Source: Harriotta raleighana (Eukaryota). From it: a stretch of 64,000 nucleotides of DNA. Of this stretch, positions 26,765 through 37,860 are shown in pieces (the stretch's first letter is position 1; every line of letters starts with the position of its first letter). A program made the position numbers and the translations under genes. The stretch lies in NCBI GenBank assembly GCA_050575255.1, contig JBNZDD010013714.1, positions 8,749,900-8,813,899 of the forward strand, read 5' to 3'. The notes under the pieces were generated by a model, which worked only from the letters and a program-made list of their open reading frames with translations, did not search any database and was not told where the DNA came from.

Positions 26765-26840
26765 CAAAGTCCCAATGTGGGGCTTGAATCCACAATCTTC
26801 TGACTCAGAGACGAGAATGCTACTAACTGAACCAGACTGA
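26765..26840 (-). mobile_element. SacSINE1-like tRNA head fragment
   Basis: Reverse complement ggttcagttagtagcattctcgtctctgagtcagaagattgtggattcaagcccc, with A/B-box spacing. Confidence 0.7.
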
Positions 26841-28359
26841 TATCCTCTAAGACACAACATAAGAAATAGTTTAATACAGTCAATGTTCCAAGATTAAATC
26901 CTCAGTGAGATACAGATCCAAAAGATTCAATGGACTGAATGGCTTACTCCCATTGTTGTGACAATCTACGAGCAAGTTTCACTCATTCACAAGCTATACA
27001 TACAATTATTACAAAACAGAAAATAGTGTGTGACGACCCAATTTCAATGCAGCCACACATTTATATACAGTGTAATGCCTGTACTGCGATAAATCTTCAG
27101 AGTATAAATTGTTGCTGTGTTGAAGAAGTTCAAATAGTATTGGTTATACAATCTTAGGTTGTGATAAACATCCAATGAATCAATTTTTAAAGGCACAGCA
27201 AAAAATGACAACAACTGGGGCCTCTTAAAAATGTTGGAAATATTTGATAAATGCACTACACAGTAATTTTGCTGTTTTGAAATAGGGGGAACAACAAAGT
27301 ATTTTTAGAAGGTTTGCAGGAAAAGCTGTAGCGTCTGCTGGAGGAAATTTTGTGTGTGATTTTTTAAAAAATGGGACACGTAAGGTGATGACAAGAAGTA
27401 AAAGTGCTCCACCACATCAAATAATTCATTCTCTGATCAGTTCAAGAAACAATTGATATTGATGATAAAGAGCTTTGTATGTGAATTGCACAAATTCCAT
27501 TTTTTTTTGTGGGGGAGGAGGGTGGGTGGGGGTAGAATCTTAGAAGTGACATGATGTATTTCAGAGAGAGAGATATTAGATTGTTCTGTGAGTAGATGGA
27601 ACTATACTTACAAAATTGCCTGTACAAATGCTAGTCTAACATATTCTATCTTGTATGTTTGTTGTCTCTGTGAATCTGTAGTACCTGTTGTTGCATGGAA
27701 TAAAAATTAATTCCCAATATTGAATTTCCAGAGAAGACTTTGATTATTGCAAAAAGTGGGTCTGCTTCAAACCAACTAATTAGGTCCCCTTTAGATTATG
27801 CAACTAAAACAATAAGCATTCCATCTGGCAGAAAGGTCCATAGTGAAAGCTATTGAAATTCAGTGTGTTGCATGACAACTTATCTTTAAAAACTCTAGTG
27901 GAGAGTTCCACTTGGTTAAATACTGTATACCAAGAAAAAACATTGCCTCATCTATATAGAAATATGGCTCCTTCATTCAATTTATCTATATTAAATACAA
28001 CAAACTGCAAAAAATACACAATAGCTTTCCCTATCAACATAAATCTAAACTCAGAAATGAAGCTGAATGCATGGAATTCCAATACAGGTGATGGGAACAA
28101 AAGGGGTGTAAAACAAGGTAATTTCTAAAGGAATTATTTCAGTTGAATTCATTCTATTATTCTGGAACTCAGCTTCAGAAGTAGATTACATAGGAAAAAA
28201 GTTGCCACATATTGATGCGTTACACACATTCCTTATTAAAGAATTCCTTGTTTCTTACAGAAATCTTGCACCCTAGTCCCCAAATTAATCAATTAATTTA
28301 GGTAAAAGAGACATAATGCCCCCAGTTAAAATATTATAGGATGCAAATAAAGAACATAA

Positions 28360-28540
28360 AAATAATAAATTGGTCATTTCAATCCCCAACTGTTTATGGG
28401 ACACTGCTGTGTGCATTTGGCTGCTGCGTTTCTTCCATATATATACAGTCAATTCACTTTACAATATATTCTGGGATGCGATTGAAGACATCTAGAAGAC
28501 ATGAAAAGCGCTATATAAAATGCGAGGATGATTATTATTA
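28360..28540 (+). mobile_element. 5'-truncated SINE
   Basis: Same body and tail as 21535-21742. Confidence 0.9.
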
Positions 28541-28632
28541 CTGTATTAACAACTCCGGTCCTTCAAAACTATAGTTAAGAAAAAGTTGCATGAAGAACAG
28601 AATTCATTTTAGTTTCAGCACGTTTCATAGAA

Positions 28633-29177
28633 AACAACAACAACAACAACAAAATTGCATTTATAGAGCGCGTTTCACATCAGGAGGACGTCCCAAGGCG
28701 CTGGACAGTTGGTTTAAGACCCGAGCAGGGGGAAATGTTCAGGGCGGGGTGGTGGGTGGGAGCAAGGAGGGGGTAGAGACTCGAGAGGGGAGCTGAAGGC
28801 ACGGTCGAAGAGAAAGGTCTTGAGACCGGCCTTGAAAGAGGAAAGGGAGGAACCGAGGCGAAGGCACTGGGGGATGGAGTTCCAGAGCCTAGGGGCTGAG
28901 CGGCTGAAAGCCCGGCCGCCAATGGTAGGACAGTTAGGGCAGGGTATGTGGAGCAGACCAGAGCCAGAGGAACGGAGAATATGGGCAGGTAGATAGGGGG
29001 ATAGTAGATCGGAGAGGTAGGAGGGAGCAAGGCCGTGAATGGCCTTGTAGGTAAGGATGAGGATCTTGAATTCAATCCTCTGGGGGATGGGGAGCCAGTG
29101 GAGACGGGCGAGGGTGGGAGTGATGTGGTCTCGAAGCCTGGTGCGGGAGAGTACACGAGCTGCAGAGTTCTGGATGA
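28633..29177 (-). mobile_element. Young 5'-truncated L2 LINE
   Basis: Open ORF2 C-terminus IQNSAARVLSRTRLRDHITPTLARLHWLPIPQRIEFKIL...GGRAFS...APRLWNSIP...FKAGLKTFLF; (TTG)n tail; CpGs retained. Confidence 0.95.
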
Positions 29178-29419
29178 AAACAGACATAGATTTGCAGGTC
29201 AAGATTTAATCTGAGATGGACAGACCCTTATTAAGATTCTCATTTCGTAATTATGGGTTATCAGCCAGAAAATACCATGGCATTAAACTTAGAACCTCAG
29301 TAGCTTTTCATTACCCATGAATAATGAATTACAAGGCTTCTTGGACTCACTTCACAACAAATCCAAAATATTTTCAGGTTTCCTCCTCAACACCGGATAC
29401 TCACCAGTTTGTTAACTCT

Positions 29420-29900
29420 CAAAGCATTATCACTGAACTAAAAGATATGTGCCTCCTTCCTCAAACCTCTCCTAAAAGAGAAAAGCGACCCCAGTTACGC
29501 CAGTGGAGGTGAACCAGACTGAATCATGGCTTTCCAATAATCGTATGGAAATACATCCAGATCTCCTCATTATGGCATTTGATCACGTCTTCATCCCAAA
29601 ATTGGACACTCAAATCTTAATAAATGTAACTATAAGCACAGGATATTTGTATGCTGACATTTCCTTTCCCTTTCAAGGTCTTGCCTGTAAAGACTTAAAC
29701 CTTAATGTTACTATTAACTGTAACAACCTAATACATGCCAAAAATGAACAGCGAATTGTCATTAACTCCGTAACATTCAAAAGCCAATTGCATTCCAGAT
29801 GGCTTGATTCCCACATCCTTCAATCTGGTGTCTAAAATAAGCTTTTTGCGGATGTTCATTCCATGTAAAAGGTGTTGCATGCGTGCAGGTTGTTGTAACA
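29420..29900 (+). mobile_element. Possible very old L2 fragment
   Basis: Degenerate HVFIPKLD resembles L2 HAFITSRLD; ends aaaggtgttg...gttgttg. Weak. Confidence 0.35.
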
Positions 29901-31087
29901 TTGTTTCAGTACCTTAGATAAATTATTATCTTTCAATATGCTGTGTGGTTAGGAAACAGATGATATCTGTCCAACAAGTGAAGATGGACTACCGCCTAAA
30001 AGGAAATGGCATTTTACTTGAGTTTCAGGTGTGTTGTTTTATAATAAAATATCTGCAACTTTGAAGAAGCTGCTGATCATTTTCCAGGTTGCTATGCCTT
30101 TTATTGATCTTCCAGCATGTGATACCAGATGGTGCATCCACAAAAGGGTAGAGGTTCTCTCAGCATGAAGATGGACTACTATCTGAATGAAAAAAGGTCT
30201 TCTGTCACTTTTAATGTTTTTGCATTCGCTACTTTAGATTCCCTTCCATCTCTAATGCTCCTGACCCAGTTGGCTTTGTTCTCCCACCATCTGTGCAGCT
30301 TCAAACCTTTTATTACCTGAGGCACAATGTTAGAGTAGTCATGATCTAGTATCCTTTTACTTCTGAAATGATTGCAAGAGAGAATCTGTGAAAATGAAAT
30401 GAAAAACTAATTGTCCACAAAAAATCTATGTATGTCTAGACAAGTATTTGGAATTAGGATCCTGGATTATTTTTTTTTTTACTAAAACTTTTACAGTGTG
30501 CAGTAGTATTTAATCACAGAATGAATTTTCCATATTTGCTAGTTCTGCACTCCATGAAATTTCAGTTCTTTATTTGAGCCAATGTTTTATGCTTATTAGC
30601 AACTTAAGATATTTTGTTGCTGAACTTATATCTTAGATTTTCTGTCAACAGCATGATCTACAGAATATTATCAATCCCAGTTTTAAACTGTAAACTATAT
30701 ACTGTAGTTATAGACATATCTGCTATAAATGAGCAGGAGCATGTCAAGAGATCAATTTACTAGACTATCATGAAATGCATGAACAAAATCTTTTCCACAA
30801 CAGCACCCTGGCCCAATTCTTTTGGGGAAGAAAACTTGCCAAGAAATTGTTTATAAGATTAATTAACCTTTCAGTTCAAAAGAGACTAAAGGGCACATGG
30901 AGCAAAGATGGCTGAAACTCACCCCACAATCCATCAACATCTAACTAGCTTTAAAACCATGTAATGTGATCCAAACAAAGTCTGCAAAACAGCTGCATGT
31001 GATTTTATTGCTGGGTTCCAAACTTTGAAATTAATTTCACCCTGACATTCTGTAACCAAATCGTAAGCTGAATGGATAGTATCCTGC

Positions 31088-31150
31088 ACCTTGGGGCATC
31101 CTCCTGAAGTGAAAGGCACAAAACAAATTTAATTTTGCTGTTTTTGTTGG
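31088..31150 (+). mobile_element. L2 3' terminus
   Basis: cttggggcatcctcctgaagtgaaagg...tttgttg matches the 3' end of the young L2. Confidence 0.7.
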
Positions 31151-34100
31151 AACCTAAGTGTAAATGCTGACTGCAAAACTCCATCCAAATGAAGATGAAT
31201 TGAATTTGTGTAGAACGAGGAGGACCACAACGAATCCTGTTGGAAGACATTCAGTTCCTCTAGCAGGAAAGATGCATTGGAAAGGGTAGGTCAATCTGGG
31301 TGATCTAGAAAAAAAAATCAATTGAAGAAATTAGGAATATCAAAGTAACTGGCAGACCTGAATATTAGTAAATCACTGATTTTCCATCTCAACTGTTCCA
31401 ATCACTTCTGAGTATTTCAATGTATGTTTGTACTGAAGTCATATAACTTTCTCAAAAAAGCAATGCTGCTCAGAGCTACAAGAAGAAACAATAATTTGTT
31501 TAGAATCTAATTACTTAGTTAAGATAAATCACAAAAGACAACTCTTAGATGATGTTAAATGATCCTCAACACAAAATTCTACAAATATAGCCTGATGTAC
31601 CCAGCCAGGCTGTCAACATGAGCAGTTTAGTTCCATGTGTTTCTAGTCTTGGCAGAGTTAAAGCTGTTTACAGGACTCTTTCTATGCACCTGAAAAGGAT
31701 GACACCCAGACTACAGTAGGTGACAGAGAAGGATTGCATTAGTTTAACATCTGTGATTAAATTCAGTTATTTTATGCAATTCTGAACGGTAGTTTGACTG
31801 CATTACACTCTTCCTGAAAGTGATACTGAAAAGTGGTTTCCTCCATAAATTTCTTGTATAATATTCTTGACTGATCAGATAAATTGTTAGCCTATGTGAA
31901 CATTTGATACACATCTTTTCTGCAGCTTCTGGGCTTGGTTAACTTTTATTCCAGACTTTCAAGATACAAGATAAACTGGGCAAGGTCAAAGATTACACCA
32001 TTAAATAAAAGTCGTATGGGGCTCTAGTTAGAGAAGTACCTTTTATGTGGAGCGAGCCAGGATTTCACAATTTGGGTATTGTCCAAGATGTAAAAGAGAT
32101 AATGATCATAAATATGAAGAAGCTGGCAGATCAAATTACAACATTCACTTCACTTGGGATGGTGCAATGCATCAGAAGAATAACAGATCCACAACAGAAC
32201 TATATACCCAATACTGTCTTTGTGCCAATCTCCAGAAACTGATTTGCAATTCAATTATTAACGCAATCAGCATTCATGTTGACAAACAAGAATCCGAGAG
32301 TGTATCTCCTCGTGTTATTGGGGATCTGAAATTTTGGTATTGGGGAGATTAAATCGGGGCTCTAAAATGCAAATAGTGCCTCATGCTGGTGACCAGGAAT
32401 ACATTGTGCTGGCACAAAGAACTCCTGTCAGCACAATCTACTTCTGGAGAGAATGCCTGTGATCCCAACAGTTGATAACGTAGCCATGCAGTATGTCACA
32501 CATACATTATAAATTGACATGCTACCATACATTGAGGTTCCTGCACAAAGAGGGGCATTTCCTATCAAGCTGGAGGATGCCAGATGTACACACAGAAAAT
32601 GTTGAATAAGTCAAGCTGTCACACCAAGATTGATGATGCACTTTGTGCTTTAGAGGTGAAAAGCTATGGGAATCATTGCACTTGGAGACCTGCTTGATGA
32701 GAGAAGTCAGTTTTTAAAAAGGTTTTGCTGAGGATATTTAACTTCCAGTCAACGACACAAATCCTTATTTTCTGCCCAGTATTTTGAAATTCTACCTGGA
32801 ATAACCAATTGGTAGCAAAGTGGTAACCATGGGGGGACCTGTTTGAAACACCATTTATGAATGGAACAAGTGACTTATGTTTATTTTTAAGAATAACTTG
32901 TGTGTTTTCAAAGCACCGTAAGTCTGTATGTCACTTTCATTGCTGGGCACTCATATGATTTTATTAACATCTCATTAATACTATCGAAAAGGAGCTTTTT
33001 CCCCCGTCCTTGGTGAAGAGAAAGAGTTGGTCCCATGACGAAACCACATAGCTCACCCGAGAAGCAAACAATCACCCTCTGAAAGAAAAAGAGACATTTT
33101 CAAAAGGACTGGGGAGACAAAAAAAAAGGCATGTGTCAAGATCCACCATAGGCCAGTTACCATAGGATACTGTACATATCTTTCACTTCATCTTTTGTTC
33201 TGAACCACAAATGTACACCATGCTCCACAAGGTGAACTTACAGGAAAGTAATTAGGTACAAGGACACCATGGATACAAGGACACAATTGGAGCAAGCTCA
33301 TAACCCTCCCCTGAGTTGCCTTCCTCTGTGCTATGCCACTTATTGTTCGCCGCTAACAGATTTATCATTGGCATCTGATTTGCAAACCAAATTTGTTGCG
33401 TTCTTGGCAACTGCAGATTTGCAGCGATTTGTCAACCTCATGCTTTCTTTTTTTAAGAAAGTCGTGCAACAAATCAGTGTATCCGAGCCACCCGCTTTTT
33501 CCATAACCCAAACAATTCTGTTGCCTCAAGCTCGTAACAAAGATCTGCTCGATTATATTATGAACCTGAAGTTCATTAGAAGACTTAGGAAGCGCTAATG
33601 GTGCCATCAAGCATGATTCCAGCCTTTAGTCATTGTCACCTGTAAAACCCATTATATTAAAAGATATTTTTTGTTTAAAAGGCACATGGAGGAAACAACT
33701 GTAACATGAATCAAGCATTCAAAATTAACATTGACCTCATGTACCAGCAGTTTTACAACCCTCTCTTCACCAGTCATGGACCTGCCATTGTATCACCTGT
33801 GATCTAATGAAATATATGCATTATATAGGGATTGCAGCTCATTAATACAAAATGAAGCATGATCTTAATAATGACAAAGCACAATTTTCACTGATCTGCT
33901 CCCCAATTAGTGCATTCATGAGCTGACAAATGTGGCTTGCACAACAATCGCATGTCAGTGAGAGAGAGCGCATTAAAATCTGGCACAACACAAGCATAGC
34001 ACTAATGGTGTCTGAAAACTGAGCTGCAAATAAGCACCAGACCTTGTGGCTATGTATTACAACTGGAACCATTATCTCTTAGCAATTCTATAGTGCATGA

Positions 34101-34741
34101 ATGGGAAAAAATACTGTAAGGTACTTTCATTTCGTTTAAAGATAGATAGAAATAAATTTAGGGAGAGAATTATTTTTGATGGTTCTGTATTCACTGCCTG
34201 AGTTTTAAAACTATCTAGAAATAAAATTTGCACACTATTGTCAGTCAGCCGTCTCATATAGTTCAAAATATTTTAATTAAATTTGTAGACAGCTTTATGA
34301 CAGTACTATTGTACTGAAAAAGTAAGCTGTCATCTTCATTTATGGGCCTGTAAAAATTACCTAGCAATATTATCAGTTAGAAAAAAATACATCAACAATT
34401 TTAGAAGCCTGGAGTATTTTTCAACAAGTCAATGGAGATTATTTCATGTTTGACAGCTTGGCAACCATTGTGGAGTACAAAAATGGATTTAAAGGGTAGA
34501 TTACTGGAGTTGTTTGTCGCACTAAAGACAAAGTATTAAAATCCTCTCATCCTCTCCTTAAAATGGTCCTAAACACTTAGCACATAAATCAATGGTGGTT
34601 TCTTCACATTAAACCTTTGTGACTCTTATATTTTGTTGCAGAAACCACTATATCCACTAATAAACACTTGAAGCTAGCTGACTAAATACAATTAGTAATG
34701 AACTATTCCACAAAATATTTGAAATATTTTCAAATGATCTT

Positions 34742-34837
34742 TAGGAACAAGAGTAGGCCATTCAGTGCCTCAAGCCTGTTCTGCCATTCTATTAGATCAT
34801 GGCTGATCTGTACCTCAACTCCAATTACCTGCCTTTG
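34742..34837 (-). mobile_element. CR1 3' UTR fragment
   Basis: ttaggaacaagagtaggccattc...agatcatggctgatct matches 57057-57150. Confidence 0.85.
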
Positions 34838-35804
34838 TCTCTTTTGCAGACACTGCTTTATTTTTTCTGAACTGAAGTCCCCACGCATTACTTTGTGTCC
34901 TCTCAACCAGTACAGAGATCACCGATTAACTCTGCACTTGCACTCTTCTGTTTTTGAAGCTATTGGTTTGGATGTGTTGGTTTGCAGGGAAATCTAATGC
35001 CGTGCCAGACTGTAGTGTGCACAGTCTGCAAATAAATGTGGCCTCTCTAAACTTGACTCAACAAGGTTCTTCCCTGGTTGGTATCGTGGGTTTGCACACT
35101 TCCAGCGCACTCGTGAAAAATCAAGTTTAGAACGTGAGGATGAAAGTCTGTCACTTCCGCCATTTGCAATTGTGCAAAATGGAATAAATTCATGCATCCT
35201 GAACCCACTTTGTAATTGGTAAGAGCACACAGCACAAAATTTTAAAATAATGTTGACATTAAAGTTGACATTGCTTCGCTCATCTCAATTAGATAAAATT
35301 TAAGTATCTCCAGTGTGAGAAATGTCAATGTAGGTTACTTACTCTTAATGAGAAATGACTTTCACTTTTTTTTTAAAACACTTACTTTCAAGTGTGTTTA
35401 CCTAAATATCAAAGAAAAAGTCAGACATTTGGTGAATGTCACTGTAATGTTGATATAAAGTTGTTGAATGTGATCTCTTTCGCACTCTTAGCACATTAAC
35501 ACATTCCAAGATTTCCAAACGATTTAAAAATAAACTAAACTATGCTTATGTTTTTATAAAATGCTTTCCATCTTCTTAAGACTACATTAAATCATACTAA
35601 TGAATTGTTAGGAAAAAGTAGAATTGTATTTTACACATGTTCTTACGTATATGATTGATTGATATACAGTGTTATTCATCACATATCACTGTTCAATTTT
35701 TTTCCACATTTTTTCCTTGAATAAATCTATTTTTTTTTAAAAACTGAAAAGCAAGTAAGAAGTTAGTGTACAAAATATGCAGTCACGGGACCATATAGTA
35801 AACT

Positions 35805-35875
35805 CTGTGCAGTGCCATGAGACATCCTCCCAATGTGTAGGGCGCTAATATGAAATGCAAAGATTATTGTTACTA
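35805..35875 (+). mobile_element. SINE tail fragment
   Basis: gagacatcc...ggcgcta...aaatgcaaagattattg. Confidence 0.6.
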
Positions 35876-37784
35876 CCATGAATAATACATTGGATATGCA
35901 CACTGTTCTTGGGTCCGACGTTTGAATTCTGTTTCTGAATGAAGGAATTTTGCTTGTTGCAGGGTTCATATATTCTTTACCTAAATCTCAGTGGTTGTGG
36001 GTCCATGATGCAAGATGGATTAGAATTTGGTATTGGTAACGTGATAATCCAAATTGAGAAGCCATCAGAACTCGGCATTGCTCGAAACGAGTTGGGTTGA
36101 GACACCATAGAAGAAGCCTTGATCTCTACCTGGCATTGGTTATAATTAATTGGTGCTTTATATTGATATCAAGCACAAAATTGTAAAAAAAAAATTGCCA
36201 CAACATAACAAATACAAACTGTTTTATATATTATTTTAAAATATTGGATAATCAGAGATCCATTATAGATAAGCACAGCCTACTGTGCTTATATGTGTAT
36301 CGGCGGCTACAGTACTTACATACATATTACAGTAAAAATCAATTTGGAACAACATATAGCTTTGTAATGTACCCCTGATGATCTATAGATTAGTTTTAAT
36401 CTATAGATGCCAATCTTTATTTTATTATTGACAAACCTGATAATTCACTGCACCAAATTCTTATATGGCAATCCAATGTGCAAGATTTATTTTTTGGAAT
36501 GCATTTGAAAGCTAAGACAATCAACCCTTACTTAAACTTAATATTGCACCTTTGACATTGTGTTATTGACGTTCTTTGATTCATTGGTAAGACTGTAACA
36601 CACTCGTGGAATCATAGTCATGTCATGCTGATGAAAGTGCTCACTTAATGCAGTCGCACCAGATGAGCCAGATCTTATTTAAAGTTGCTCATGAATAGTT
36701 AAATTCAAGTGTTTTAAATTGATGATAATTGGTGTGTCACATGTTGATGACGTCACCAGATGAATCTGTCATGATCAATTCCTTACACCTTGCGATAAAG
36801 TACTAGACCTAAATTATATTTAAATCTAAACAAATGGATTCTGGACACAATTTGCAGCAATTAATTTAGGTAGGTACAAGCACAAGAGAACACAAAGGAA
36901 ATAGGAATTTTACCTCAACTGCACAGCGCATTCGTGTGTTACATTCACTCTGAATTATTCCTAAACACATTTTGCTGTCCTCTTCCCTTTTCCGGTTTCA
37001 TTGCTTAAGTTGTTTGATCAGAGGGAAAGATGGGTCAATCTGAGTGTGGAAGACATCATCATTACAAAATGTAATTACTACAGTGAGTAATTTTTCTTCC
37101 AAACACAGCGCAGGATCAATTGCCAAGCAGTAAAAGATGGTGGATAGCGCCGTTAACAAACCTTGAGCACGGACGACCAAACACAGAGGGTTAAATTGTA
37201 GATTGAGAAAGTGAGAATGGGTCAAGTTCTGAAACGTGGTTCTATTGGCTTACTTAAGTTGGAAGCACTGCATCACCACCATCTGCTGTCCGATCTAGCA
37301 GCTACACTCCATTTTTATTGTCTAATGAAGGTATGCTGCCTGTCAGATTCTTAGTAGCTACTCAATGCATTCTGCACTTTAATCAAACAGTGTGTTCCCA
37401 ACTCATTGCTGAATAACAGACTGAATGTAATGTGAAGGTGATAACCTTTTGTTTTGAACAAAAGTTTTCAAAGCTTCCTGGCATCTGCAGCTCATGCAAT
37501 TTTTTTTTTGTGATTTCTTGCGATTTATTCTATCCCAGTAAAAATAATAACTGCACCTTTTTACAGTGCTGAATTTTTGTATTTCAAATCAGTGCATCAA
37601 TGCCTACAGATTTTTCAATTCAGCAAATCCACATTATTAAAGCGCGAAATGTATGATACACTGTGCAATAATGGATTCTTGGAATACAAATATACTATTT
37701 TATAAAAATCCAAAATTTTGTGTCTGTTGACTCAGTCGTATGAGTTTAATATTAATAACCTCTTTTTAATTAGGCTAGAAATGC

Positions 37785-37860
37785 ACAGTCACTAAACTTT
37801 AGTGTATATCCTGTGAAGCCCTTTGAGACATCATTTCTATGTGAATCACACAATATCAAG
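37785..37860 (+). mobile_element. SINE tail fragment
   Basis: cagtcact...tatcctgtgaagccctttgagacatc. Confidence 0.55.

Noticed and set aside
28680-29156. 158-aa proline-rich ORF
   Set aside because: Alternative frame of the L2 element.
32030-32750. Coding-like stretch, possibly a decayed DNA transposon
   Set aside because: No catalytic motif identified with confidence; needs BLASTX.
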